Source of the DNA: an uncultured Gemmatimonadaceae bacterium
Lineage (GTDB): Bacteria > Gemmatimonadota > Gemmatimonadetes > Gemmatimonadales > Gemmatimonadaceae
Direction: 5' to 3'
NCBI GenBank assembly: GCA_963781585.1
Contig: CAWAGQ010000004.1
Span: 1,038,622-1,102,621, forward strand
Length of the DNA stretch: 64,000 nucleotides
In this document: positions 18,494-28,072 of the stretch, one piece after another
How positions within the stretch are numbered: the stretch's first letter is position 1
Layout: every line of letters starts with the position of its first letter
Position numbers and translations under genes: made by a program
Notes under the pieces: model-generated
The model's input: only the letters and a program-made list of their open reading frames with translations
Database searches by the model: none
Told to the model about the DNA's origin: nothing

Positions 18494-20830
18494 TCAGGGT
18501 CGGTCGGAGCCTCCTCCCTGAGACGCGGCGGCGGACTGTCGTTCCCACACGAATCGGTGCAGGAAGTCCCCGATTTTCGTCCAGGTGCTCATCCACCGCG
18601 AGTGCATCATGGACTCGTGGAGATCGTCGGGGATCACCGTGAGCTCGAAGTGCACGTTGCGGGCGCGGAGTAACTGCACCAGCCCGACCATCTGGGCAAA
18701 GTCGACATTCCGGTCGTCGTCACCCTGGAGGAGGAAGACCGGCGACTTCCAGCCGTCGATGGCCGAGATGGTGGAAGAGCGATACGAGACAGCGCCGGTG
18801 TCGAGCGAGCTACCCCAGAGGTGCACACCGGCCAGGTCGGCACCTGCGACGAAGACGTCGGAGTTGCGGGCCAGCGCCTGCGAGGTGAGGACGCCACCAT
18901 ACGACAGTCCCCAGATGCCGACCCGGGTTGAGTCGACATCGGAACGGGACTGCAGGTATTTGCCTCCGGCGATCACGTCCTGGTACTCGGCGTTGCCGCG
19001 CCCGCCAGTATTCGGCGCCTGGCGGAAGGACCGGCCGTAGCCGATGCCGCTGCGGTAGTTCACCGACATCACGACGTAGCCCTGGCTCGCCAGCCACTGG
19101 TTGAACGCGTATGCCCAGTGATAGAACTGCATGTAGTGGTAGCCGGGCATCATCTGTCGTACCGGTCCGCCGTGCACGAAGATCATCGCTGGACGACGCT
19201 CACCCGGTTTCAGATCGCTGGGCAGAAAGAGCTGGTTGTGAATCTCCAGGCCGTCGGCTGCTTTGGTGATCACGATCTGCGGCGTGACGTGGGCTGCCTT
19301 GGCGAAATCCTTCGGCAAGATGGGGAAGATCAACTTCGCGGTGCCGCCGGCGGCCGGAACCAGTCCGACAGACGCGGGCTGGGTGGCGCCGAAATACAGC
19401 ACGGCCACCTGCCGGCCCGAGGCGAGGGGGGTCGGCGAGGTTTCGATGCCATCGCCCTGCGAGACCTGCGTCGGCGTCCCACCGGACGTGGGGACCGCCC
19501 AGATGTGGCGGCGCTCGATGTCGTTGGCGTTGGTGCAGTAGTAGAGCGTCTTCCCATCGTGGGACAGGGCCGCCGAGGTGACGTCCTCGATGAGTCCGTC
19601 GGTGGTGGTCAGCTCGATCGGCCGATCGGTGGACCCGTCGACCGCGATGGCCCAGTAGCGGTCGAACTCGTCGTCGGACGGCGAGAGCGGGAAGACCAGA
19701 TGGCCGGCGCCCCACATCATGCGCGCGATGAAGTTGAAAACCGGCTCGTTAGGTTCGTTGTGCCAGATCTCCTTCGCCTCCCCGGTGGCGAGATCGGCCA
19801 CCATCACTTCCAGCGTGTATCCGCCGCGGAACGTCGCCCGGCACAGTCCCGGGAAGCGCTTGTCGACGCTGGTGGCGGTATCGGGCTCGCCGCCAAAGCG
19901 GCCGCCACCACGCCCACCAAGCCGACCACGCCCGACGCCAGCGCAGATGCCGGCTGACAACCCGGCATTCCCTCCGCGTCCACCTCCGCCACGCCCGGCG
20001 GCGGGTCCGTTGGGATTGCCGAGACTTCCGGTGCCTTCCTGCGCCTGCTGGCCAAAAGGCAGCCCCGGACGACGCGTGAACGCGATATGCTTGCCGTCCG
20101 GCGACCAGACCGGTCCGGCGTCGAAGTCGACACTCGGTGCCACATAGTCGGCCGTCCGCGACTTCACGTCATACATCCCGATGAGCGAGTGATTGCCGCG
20201 GTCACTGACGAATGCGATCCGCGAACCATCCGGGGACCAGCGGGGGCTGCTCTGTCGTCCCCATTCATTAATGAAGGGCTTGAGCCCGAGGTCCATCGAA
20301 TCCGGCTGGGCCACGTGGGCGACCCGGGCGCGGAAGATCTGCCCGTCCTTCACATAGAGGACGGTTCTCCCATCGGGAGACAGTTCCGGCCCGGCTCCGT
20401 CCGCCAGCTTCCAGGCGGGTCCGCCCGCCGTGCGGACGGCCCAGATGGCGCGCTCGCCACCGTCCGGGTCGTGCGACGGATTGGCCACCCAGCCCTGGCG
20501 ATTGGGCGCGGATCCGCGAACGAAGACGACGACCGATCCGTCATCGGAGATGCCGACGTCGCCCAGATCCACGCCGTCGTCCTTGAGGAATCGCGTCAGG
20601 CGGACGGGGGTGAAGGCCGGCGCCGCCGCGGTGTACACGTTCCGCATGCCGCGGTCGTACGCCATCCACGCCACGCGGTCGGCGTTCCGGGCGGCGGTGA
20701 TGGAGAGTGGCGACGCCTCGTTGAAGAACTGCTCAATCGTCGGCCTGGACTGACCTGCGAGCGGCGGCGCGAAGAGGAAGAGCGCCACGGAAGTGAATCG
20801 GACAACGCGGGCGGTGGTGGGGCGAAACAT
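18494..20830 (-). CDS. Secreted S9-family (prolyl oligopeptidase/DPP-like) peptidase with TolB-like propeller
   Basis: WSPDG repeats; HGGP, GIWGLSYGG nucleophile motif, DDRNV, H near C-terminus; GAGG RBS before ATG 20830. Confidence 0.9.
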   Translation of the reverse strand: MFRPTTARVVRFTSVALFLFAPPLAGQSRPTIEQFFNEASPLSITAARNADRVAWMAYDRGMRNVYTAAAPAFTPVRLTRFLKDDGVDLGDVGISDDGSVVVFVRGSAPNRQGWVANPSHDPDGGERAIWAVRTAGGPAWKLADGAGPELSPDGRTVLYVKDGQIFRARVAHVAQPDSMDLGLKPFINEWGRQSSPRWSPDGSRIAFVSDRGNHSLIGMYDVKSRTADYVAPSVDFDAGPVWSPDGKHIAFTRRPGLPFGQQAQEGTGSLGNPNGPAAGRGGGGRGGNAGLSAGICAGVGRGRLGGRGGGRFGGEPDTATSVDKRFPGLCRATFRGGYTLEVMVADLATGEAKEIWHNEPNEPVFNFIARMMWGAGHLVFPLSPSDDEFDRYWAIAVDGSTDRPIELTTTDGLIEDVTSAALSHDGKTLYYCTNANDIERRHIWAVPTSGGTPTQVSQGDGIETSPTPLASGRQVAVLYFGATQPASVGLVPAAGGTAKLIFPILPKDFAKAAHVTPQIVITKAADGLEIHNQLFLPSDLKPGERRPAMIFVHGGPVRQMMPGYHYMQFYHWAYAFNQWLASQGYVVMSVNYRSGIGYGRSFRQAPNTGGRGNAEYQDVIAGGKYLQSRSDVDSTRVGIWGLSYGGVLTSQALARNSDVFVAGADLAGVHLWGSSLDTGAVSYRSSTISAIDGWKSPVFLLQGDDDRNVDFAQMVGLVQLLRARNVHFELTVIPDDLHESMMHSRWMSTWTKIGDFLHRFVWERQSAAASQGGGSDRP

Positions 20831-20913
20831 GGGCACCTCGGAATCGACGATCGTCGCAAGGCACTGCGCGGAGGGATCTCGAACGACGCGCCAAGAGCGT
20901 AACACCCACGCGC

Positions 20914-22566
20914 TCAGGAGTCCACCGCCGTCCGCACTGGAGGGAGCGACTCGAGGACCTGATGGACGTCGGCGATTTCGACGGGCTTGACGAGGTGGTG
21001 CTGGAAGCCCGCCTCGCGCGACCGCATCCGATCCTGCGCCTGGCCGTACCCCGTCATCGCAATCAGGACGAGTGCCTCCATGCCCGGCAGCTCACGGATC
21101 GCGACCGCCACCTCATATCCGGTCATGCCGGGAATACCGATGTCCAGGAGCGCGACCTCGGGCCGGAACTGGCGGGCGAGGGCAATGGCGCCTGAACCGT
21201 TCAGGGCGACCCGGACATCGTGGCCGGAGAGGCGCAGCACGGCCGCCATGCTCTCGGCGGAATCGGGACTGTCGTCCACCACCAGCACACGCCGCGGCGT
21301 GGCTGACTGTGCGATCGGCGCGGTGCGTCCGGACGGCGTCGGCATTCTGGGAGGCAGGGCGTCGAGGCGTGGCAGGCGCACCACGAATTCACTGCCGCGC
21401 CCCGGGCCCTCGCTGAACACATCGACCGTCCCACCGTGCATCTGCGCCAGTCGCTGGACGATCGTGAGTCCGATTCCGAGTCCTCCTGCGGCGCGGTCGA
21501 GCGACGAGTCACCCTGCCTGAAGAGATCGAAGATGTGAGGCTGCAATGCCGTGTCGATGCCCGCGCCATTGTCGCGAACACTGAGCACCGCCCGGTCGCC
21601 CTCGGCGGCAACCGAGAGTCGGATCGTGCCATCCTCGGGCGTAAACCGGGCCGCGTTGTTGAGGAGATTCGTCACGACCTGTGCCAGGCGCGCGAGGTCA
21701 CCCTCAACCAGGACCGGGGAGCGCGAATAGTCGATTTCGAGGTGCTGACGTCTCGCGTCGATCAGGGGCCGGCTCGCTTCCACGCCACGCGCAACCACGA
21801 CCGCGAGCTCGAGCGGCTCCTTGTTGAGGGCGATCGTCCCGCTCGTTATGCGACTGACGTCGATGAGATCGTCCACCATCCGGGTGAGCTGCCTGAGCTG
21901 GCGGTCAATCACGTCACGCGCCCACTGCAGATTCGAGTCCGGCACCGGCTTCAGGTGCATGACGGCCAGGGCATTGCGAATGGGCGCGAGCGGATTGCGC
22001 AGCTCGTGCCCCAGCATGGCCAGGAACTCGTTGACGCGCTGCTCCGCGAGCTCGAGGGCTTCGACCCGACGTTGCCCCGTGAGATCCCGGGTAATCTTCA
22101 GGAACCCCTGATGGCGGCCGGCGCTATCGGTGAGCGCGGTGATGACGACGTTGGCCCAGAACACCGATCCGTCCTTGCGAACCCGCCATCCCTCTTCCTC
22201 GAATCGTCCCTCTCGTCGCGCCATCTCGAGCTCACGTTCCGGATGCCCGCGCGCCGCCACCTCCGGAGGATAGAAGACGCTGAACGATTGCCCGATGATC
22301 TCGCTCGCGGTGTAGCCCTTGATGCGCTCGGCCCCGGCGTTCCAGCTGAGCACGCGGCCGTTGGGATCCAACAGGAAGATCGCGTAATCGCGGACCGCCT
22401 CAACCACCAGGTGAAACCCGTCTGCACGCAGGAGCGCCGCCTCATCATCGCCTCGCGGGTCGCCATCACCCACGGTCCGGGCGGCTGGCTCCCATGCCGC
22501 CCTGGCTGACGCACTCTGGCGGATGGTGGGGGCGGGCGGAACCGATGGGCCGTCACCAGTGGACAT
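20914..22566 (-). CDS. PAS-domain hybrid sensor histidine kinase / response regulator
   Basis: PAS (SWNAGAERIKGY, RKDGS), HELRNPL H-box, NLLNNAA, DNGAGI, GGLGIGL, receiver domain VLVVDD...LLDIG...KPV; start uncertain. Confidence 0.93.
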   Translation of the reverse strand: MSTGDGPSVPPAPTIRQSASARAAWEPAARTVGDGDPRGDDEAALLRADGFHLVVEAVRDYAIFLLDPNGRVLSWNAGAERIKGYTASEIIGQSFSVFYPPEVAARGHPERELEMARREGRFEEEGWRVRKDGSVFWANVVITALTDSAGRHQGFLKITRDLTGQRRVEALELAEQRVNEFLAMLGHELRNPLAPIRNALAVMHLKPVPDSNLQWARDVIDRQLRQLTRMVDDLIDVSRITSGTIALNKEPLELAVVVARGVEASRPLIDARRQHLEIDYSRSPVLVEGDLARLAQVVTNLLNNAARFTPEDGTIRLSVAAEGDRAVLSVRDNGAGIDTALQPHIFDLFRQGDSSLDRAAGGLGIGLTIVQRLAQMHGGTVDVFSEGPGRGSEFVVRLPRLDALPPRMPTPSGRTAPIAQSATPRRVLVVDDSPDSAESMAAVLRLSGHDVRVALNGSGAIALARQFRPEVALLDIGIPGMTGYEVAVAIRELPGMEALVLIAMTGYGQAQDRMRSREAGFQHHLVKPVEIADVHQVLESLPPVRTAVDS

Positions 22567-22743
22567 GGTGCCCCAGCATACTCTGCGGGGACGCGCCAAC
22601 TCAAGCCTGCGTGCTGCGGGCTGAACCATATCACGACGCATCCGCACGCCGCGATCCAGCCACCCCGACAGCTCACACCATCGGACAGGCGGCGGGACCG
22701 AAGCGATCCGCCGGCGATGTCGCCCGCTCAGCCTCGGACTCGT

Positions 22744-23475
22744 TCATCGGCCGCCCGTGGTGTCGTGAGCCATTCTCTTGCGCAACCAGCGATCGGTGGT
22801 CAACGACGCTGCGATACCCAGTGCTCCGCTCGCCACCACATCGCTGGGCCAGTGCGCCTGCGCGTAGACTCGCTGCAGTGCGATGAGGCCGCCGATGGCG
22901 TATCCGGTCGACTCGGCCGTCGGTGAACCCCACTCGTCGGCCAACGCCGCCGCGATCGAGAAAGCATGCGTAGTGTGCGCAGACGGAAACGACTGCCACT
23001 CATCGCCCCGACGGAATGGCCGGAACCACCAGGCATCTTCATTCGCGCCCCGGGGTCGATGACGGCCGACCGCCCCCTTGAGCACGCTGGTGACGGCATT
23101 GGCGACCGTGTATCCTGCGGCCACGCGAAGGACCGCATCGGCAGCGCGCCGGTGCCCGGTGAGGCGCGCAATGATCCATCCTCCGGCCATCGCGGGGACG
23201 AGCACCGCGCCGCGTCCGAGCGGCTGCAGATCGTCGAGTACGTGTTGCATGCGCGGGGGGAGGCGGGTGGCGTCGCCCGACAGTCGCGCATCCCAGACCG
23301 CCGCCACACCAGTGAGCGCGGCCGCGGCCCCCCAGAAGCGAGCATCGCGCGGCATGACGTGGAACTGCGCCTGGCCCGCCTGTGCACCGACGCAGATGAG
23401 CGAGGCGCAGACGCGGAGGGCGCGGACGAGCGCATGCGTCCGGGGCGAGGTACTCCCGATACTCACACGCCCCAA
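22744..23475 (-). CDS. PAP2-family phosphatase
   Basis: KGAVGRHRP, SFPSAH, QRVYAQAHWPSDV motifs; start uncertain. Confidence 0.85.
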   Translation of the reverse strand: MGRVSIGSTSPRTHALVRALRVCASLICVGAQAGQAQFHVMPRDARFWGAAAALTGVAAVWDARLSGDATRLPPRMQHVLDDLQPLGRGAVLVPAMAGGWIIARLTGHRRAADAVLRVAAGYTVANAVTSVLKGAVGRHRPRGANEDAWWFRPFRRGDEWQSFPSAHTTHAFSIAAALADEWGSPTAESTGYAIGGLIALQRVYAQAHWPSDVVASGALGIAASLTTDRWLRKRMAHDTTGGR

Positions 23476-23578
23476 TCTAGGCCGGCGTAATCAGGCCGGC
23501 GCCATTCAGGCCGGCGTAATCAGGCCCGCGCAATCCAGCCCGGAACAATCAGGCCGCCGCCATCCAGGCCGTCGCCAC
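23474..23578. repeat. Degenerate tandem repeat, about 7 copies of a 14-15 bp unit (consensus AGGCCGGCGYAATC)
   Basis: Read directly: aggccggcgtaatc aggccggcgccattc aggccggcgtaatc aggcccgcgcaatc cagcccggaacaatc aggccgccgccatcc aggccgtcgcca. Confidence 0.8.
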
Positions 23579-23583
23579 GCCCC

Positions 23584-23931
23584 TCATGTGCGAAGTTCGC
23601 CGTCGCGGAACCGAGACGTACCGCACACGGTACAGGCCGCCATATTGCGACCGTACAGCGCCAAGTCGGTCTCGCGCTCGCAGACCTCGCACCAGCCACG
23701 TGCCGTGGCAAGCGAGTCGAGCGGAAGGCCGCTGCGTACGAGGCGGGCGATCATGGCGTTCGGCTCCGCCGCCCCCAGCGGACACAGCGTGCCGGTGCAC
23801 CACTCGCCAATCTCGAGGCAGACCAGTTCGGGGTCGCGCACGTTCGCCTGCGGGTCGTGGACCGTGTCCTCTGTCATCAACACCCGCACGTCGTGGTCGC
23901 AGCCGCTGCAGAACATCGTCGCGTAGTGCAT
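23584..23931 (-). CDS. Small Cys-rich putative metal-binding protein (115 aa, 9 Cys)
   Basis: GGAGGT RBS before ATG 23931; CSGC, C-x6-C-x4-C, CEVC, CTVC. Confidence 0.7.
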   Translation of the reverse strand: MHYATMFCSGCDHDVRVLMTEDTVHDPQANVRDPELVCLEIGEWCTGTLCPLGAAEPNAMIARLVRSGLPLDSLATARGWCEVCERETDLALYGRNMAACTVCGTSRFRDGELRT

Positions 23932-23989
23932 AGGATACCTCCACCGTCTCGATGAGAGCGCCACGACACGCGGCCGTGGCGGCAACGCA

Positions 23990-24985
23990 CTACCCTGTGG
24001 ACGCCAGTCGAGCGCCGGGCATGCGCGAAGCGAGCAGCGCGCGAGCATCCGTCGCCGACATTCCGAACACCGCCGTGGCCGCAGCATCCGCGTTCATGCA
24101 GGTTTCGGCCTCAACGGTCACACTGTGCTCCGAGGTCTGCTTTGGCCGGGCGGTGGCCGGATCCATGAGGTGGTGATAACGCACGCCGCGGAACCGGAAG
24201 AACTGGACGTAGTCCCCAGAGGTGGCCACGGCGCGGTCGGAGACGTCCAGCACACCGAGCAGTTCGTCCGGATCAACCGGCGATTGAATACCGATACGCC
24301 AGGGAGAGCCGTCGGGGGCCATCCCCATGGCCACGAGATCGCCGCCGACGTTGATGAGCGCGTCGCGGACGCCCAGGGCACGAAGGGCGTCGGACGCCCG
24401 ATCGACGCCGTACCCCTTGGCGATGCCACCCAGGTCGAGATGGATCTCGGGAGATCGAAACGCGACTGCCGGCTGCCCCCTCTCCATTCCCAGTTCGACG
24501 CCGTGGAAGAGGTGGCGCCCGGCCAGACGACGCACGGGTGCGTCGGGGGGCGGCTCGTACCGGTGGTTCACGTCCCACAGCTCGACCACGCGTCCAATCG
24601 CGGGGTCGAAGGCGCCGTCGCTGGCGTGAGCCCAGCGGAGCGCTGCATCGAGCACGTCGCGGGTCGGACCGGAGACCGCGACCGGCTGGTGGAACGCGAG
24701 GGCGTTGGCCCTGCCCACATCCGACTCGGGGAGGAAGCGACTCATCGTGCGCTCAACGCCCGTCAATTCCGCGAACGCCGCGTCGATGGCGTGCTCGCCC
24801 CTGCCGAAGTCGTCGGCGATCACGGTGATTTCGGCGATGGTCCCCATCACGGGCAGCATGCGGCGGACCGTGCGCCGACGGAAACGAGCCGAGATCGGGA
24901 CCGCGGCGACGACGAACGCGCCGATCCCGATCGCAATGAACTCCCGGCGATGCGTCAACGGGCCGGGTGAAGAGTCGACTGTCAT
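23990..24985 (-). CDS. apbE: FAD:protein FMN transferase (ApbE) with twin-arginine signal
   Basis: HRREFI Tat motif; VMGT, FDPAIG, DLGGIAKGY, NVGGD, ATSGDY, HHLMDP, ADAAATA; ATGA overlap with upstream microprotein. Confidence 0.92.
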   Translation of the reverse strand: MTVDSSPGPLTHRREFIAIGIGAFVVAAVPISARFRRRTVRRMLPVMGTIAEITVIADDFGRGEHAIDAAFAELTGVERTMSRFLPESDVGRANALAFHQPVAVSGPTRDVLDAALRWAHASDGAFDPAIGRVVELWDVNHRYEPPPDAPVRRLAGRHLFHGVELGMERGQPAVAFRSPEIHLDLGGIAKGYGVDRASDALRALGVRDALINVGGDLVAMGMAPDGSPWRIGIQSPVDPDELLGVLDVSDRAVATSGDYVQFFRFRGVRYHHLMDPATARPKQTSEHSVTVEAETCMNADAAATAVFGMSATDARALLASRMPGARLASTG

Positions 24986-25134
24986 TTCGTTCCTCCCTCG
25001 ACGTGCTGGTGCAGCGGGCAATCGCCCTGACACGCGCCGCATCCGCCCGATTCGCAGCCGCGTTGCGGATGCAGCAGACCGAAGACGACAAAGAGCACGG
25101 CGACGAGCGCGATGCCGGCAAGCGCGGTAATCAT
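24982..25134 (-). CDS. 50-aa single-TM Cys-rich membrane microprotein
   Basis: MITALAGIALVAVLFVVFGLLHPQRGCESGGCGACQGDCPLHQHVEGGTK; ATGA overlaps with rnfA stop and apbE start. Confidence 0.7.
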   Translation of the reverse strand: MITALAGIALVAVLFVVFGLLHPQRGCESGGCGACQGDCPLHQHVEGGTK

Positions 25135-25706
25135 GAGGTGCCCAGGCCGGCGAAGCCCATGAAGGCCATGGACAGGCAACTGGCGATGAACAGGACGATG
25201 GCCATCGGGCGTGCGAGCCGCGGCACCTCGGTCAGCTCGGTGCGGACCCGTATGGACGCCATGAGCGTGAGCGCCAAGGTGAGGCCCATCCCGGCGCCGA
25301 TGGCAAAGGCGAGACCCTGGATGAAGTTGTAGCCGCGATTGGTCTGGAAGATGGCGAGACCGAGGATGGCGCAGTTGGTGGTGATGAGGGGCAGGTAGAT
25401 GCCAAGCTGTCGGAAGAGCACCGGATAGTGCTTCCTCACAGCCATCTCGACGATCTGCACTGCCGAGGCGATGACCACGATGAACGCGATGATACGCAGA
25501 AACGGCGCCGGACCGAGCACATACTTGTTCAGGAACCAGGCGGACACGGCCGTCATCACGAGGACGAACGTGTTGGCCAGGCCGAGGCGCAGGGCGGTGC
25601 CGATCTGCTGGGTGACGCCGAAGAAGGAACAAAGCCCGAGAAACATCACCAGCGTGAAGTTGTTCACGAGCAGGGACGAGATCATGATCCACGCCAGATC
25701 ACCCAT
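25131..25706 (-). CDS. rnfA: Rnf complex subunit A
   Basis: LVNNFTLVMFLGLCSFFG, LGIYLPLITTNCAILG, SMAFMGFAG. Confidence 0.95.
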   Translation of the reverse strand: MGDLAWIMISSLLVNNFTLVMFLGLCSFFGVTQQIGTALRLGLANTFVLVMTAVSAWFLNKYVLGPAPFLRIIAFIVVIASAVQIVEMAVRKHYPVLFRQLGIYLPLITTNCAILGLAIFQTNRGYNFIQGLAFAIGAGMGLTLALTLMASIRVRTELTEVPRLARPMAIVLFIASCLSMAFMGFAGLGTS

Positions 25707-26406
25707 TTCCTGTCCTCCCGGATCGCACTGCACGTGCACGCCGCGTGCGCAGGTCGGCTGCGACGGCGACGCCCATGAGCAGCAGGCCAAGCGTGAAGAA
25801 GCCTCCTGGTGGGAGCATCATGAACACCCAGGGCTCGAAGCTGGCGGGCAGGACGCGGATCCCGAGCAGGGCGCCGCTGCCTAACAATTCCCGGATTGCG
25901 CCCATCATGGTCAGCGCGATCGTGAACCCCGCGCCCATGCCGACGGCGTCGAGGACGGCGCGTCCCACCGGCTGCCTGGCGGCGAACGCTTCCTGCCGTC
26001 CCAGCAGCAGGCAGTTCGCGACGATCAGGGCGATGAAGGGGCCAAGCGCCTTGTGAATGTCGGGCACCATCGCCTCCAGCAGCATGTCGGCCAGCGTCAC
26101 GAAGGTGGCGATGATCAGGATGTACGAGGCGATGCGGACCTCGTTCGGAAACCGGCGGCGGAGCAGCGAGACGAAGAATTCCGACCCCAGCAGGACGAAC
26201 AGCGTGGCCATGCCCATGGCGAACGCGTTGGCGACGTTGTTGGTGACCGCCATGGTCGGGCACATGCCGAGCATCTGCACCAGGACCGGGTTCTCCTTCC
26301 AGATGCCGCGCATCAGGTCCCCGATCAGCGGCGCCGGGGTCGTCGACGGTGGCGGCGGCACGGCCGGCGCGGCGACCGGCATTGTGGCGTCGATGGTCGT
26401 GCTCAT
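25699..26406 (-). CDS. rnfE: Rnf complex subunit E
   Basis: ENPVLVQMLGMCPTMAVT, LIVANCLLLGR, IRELLGSG, LPPGGF. Confidence 0.95.
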   Translation of the reverse strand: MSTTIDATMPVAAPAVPPPPSTTPAPLIGDLMRGIWKENPVLVQMLGMCPTMAVTNNVANAFAMGMATLFVLLGSEFFVSLLRRRFPNEVRIASYILIIATFVTLADMLLEAMVPDIHKALGPFIALIVANCLLLGRQEAFAARQPVGRAVLDAVGMGAGFTIALTMMGAIRELLGSGALLGIRVLPASFEPWVFMMLPPGGFFTLGLLLMGVAVAADLRTRRARAVRSGRTGNG

Positions 26407-27077
26407 GGGGTTGCTCCGGCCTGGTACGCCGTCAGCAGCGGGCGCCAGCGGGCAACCGCGTTGTTGATGATCCGGGTGACGGCGCGCGACGAGATCGTGG
26501 CGCCGCTGATCGCCTGCACCTCAGCGGGGTCGTTGCCGCTGCGCTTCTTCACCGTCTTCAGGGGCGCGACCAGGCCGTGCCACTGGCCGACGAACGTGCT
26601 GTCCTTCTCGATCTTCTCCCCGAGACCCGGCGTCTCCTTCTGATCCAGGACCTTGAAGCCGAGAATGGTGCCGCTTCGCGGATCGAAGCCGAACATCAGG
26701 GAGATCACATCGGAGAATCCGGGTTCACCGGCGGTGATCGCCACGCCGAGCGAGTGCCCCTGCGCGTCGTAGCCGACGTAGGCCGCCTGGAGTTCGCTTC
26801 GCGCCACCGTGGGCTGCCTGGTCAACGCGCCGTTCTCCAGATAGAGCGTGTCCAGTCGCGCCGGGTGCTGGAGCACTTCGGCCACGGCCTGCTGGACGAC
26901 CAGTCCCTTGTGCGCCTCGATCGGAGTGAGCGTGAGGCGATACACGATTACCACCAGCAGACCGGCCAGGGCGCCGGCCAGGCCTAACGTGCTCACCAGC
27001 CGCCAGGCCGGCGTCGCTTCGGCCGGGGGAAGTTCGGCCGGAACACCGGGGGTGTGGCAGTGCACCGGGTCGGTCAT
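26403..27077 (-). CDS. rnfG: Rnf complex subunit G (FMN-binding)
   Basis: N-terminal TM, ETPGLG, flavinylation motif ISGATISS; ATGA overlap with rnfD. Confidence 0.92.
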   Translation of the reverse strand: MTDPVHCHTPGVPAELPPAEATPAWRLVSTLGLAGALAGLLVVIVYRLTLTPIEAHKGLVVQQAVAEVLQHPARLDTLYLENGALTRQPTVARSELQAAYVGYDAQGHSLGVAITAGEPGFSDVISLMFGFDPRSGTILGFKVLDQKETPGLGEKIEKDSTFVGQWHGLVAPLKTVKKRSGNDPAEVQAISGATISSRAVTRIINNAVARWRPLLTAYQAGATP

Positions 27078-28072
27078 GCGATGACCCGCCCGGTGGTGCC
27101 GAACACGCGCGGCTGGGTGGCCTTGTTGATGAACGGCGTGAACGCGTTCATGAACAGGATGGCGTACATGACCCCTTCGGGGAGACCTCCCCAGACCCGG
27201 ATCACCACCGTGACCACGCCCACGCCGGCGCCGAAGATCCAGCGCCCCGGGTTGGTCACGGGCGCGGTGACCATGTCGGTGGCCATGAAGATCGCGCCGA
27301 GCGCGAGTCCGCCCGAGAAGAGCATGAACAAGGGCGCCGGATAGGCCGGCGAGAAGGCGTGGAGGATGACCGCGAACGCGGCAATCGACGCGAAGATACT
27401 GACCGGGACACGCCAGTTGAGGTATCCGCGCAATGCCAGGTACGCGCCGCACAGCACGATCACGATCACCGAGGTCTCACCTAACGAGCCGCCGGTGTTC
27501 CCGGTGAACAGGGCCAGCACCGAGGTGCCGTGTCCCTCGAACTTCCAGGCGCCAAGTGGCGTGGCGGCGGTGATGGCTTCCGTCACCCGCGGGTGGGTGA
27601 GGGGGAAGGCGAACAGATCACCCCGCAGCGCCCACCAGGATTGACCGGGAACCGGCCAGGTCGTGATGGCGACCGGAAACGCCGCCTGCAGGAAGGCGCG
27701 TCCGAACAAGGCAGGATTGAAGATGTTCTGGCCCAGACCCCCGAACACGATCTTTCCGAAACCGATTCCCATGGCGCCACCGAGAAACGCCATCCACAAC
27801 GGCATCCCGGCGGGGAGGGTGAGTCCGAGCAGGATGCCGGTGATCGCGGCCGAGCCGTCGGAGAGCGTTCCCGACTTGCCAAAGACGCGCTCGGTCAGCA
27901 TGGCGCCGAGCGTGGCCGCTCCCACCACCAGGAGCGCACTGACCCCGAAATACCACGCCGCAACCACGACGATGGGGATCAGGCTGCCCACGACGTTCCA
28001 CATGATCCGCGGCGTGGACTCGCGCGCGCGGAGGTGCGGCGCGGCGGTGACGACCAGCGAACCGCCGCTCAC
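27074..28072 (-). CDS. rnfD: Rnf complex subunit D
   Basis: APHLR, DGSAAITG, FGGLGQNIFNPA, TAATPL (FMN-Thr), GETS, FMATD, PEGVMYAIL; GTGA overlap with rnfC. Confidence 0.95.
   Translation of the reverse strand: MSGGSLVVTAAPHLRARESTPRIMWNVVGSLIPIVVVAAWYFGVSALLVVGAATLGAMLTERVFGKSGTLSDGSAAITGILLGLTLPAGMPLWMAFLGGAMGIGFGKIVFGGLGQNIFNPALFGRAFLQAAFPVAITTWPVPGQSWWALRGDLFAFPLTHPRVTEAITAATPLGAWKFEGHGTSVLALFTGNTGGSLGETSVIVIVLCGAYLALRGYLNWRVPVSIFASIAAFAVILHAFSPAYPAPLFMLFSGGLALGAIFMATDMVTAPVTNPGRWIFGAGVGVVTVVIRVWGGLPEGVMYAILFMNAFTPFINKATQPRVFGTTGRVIA

Noticed and set aside
23474..23578. Possible mini-CRISPR array
   Set aside because: Units are 14-15 bp, adjacent, without unique spacers; no cas genes in the window
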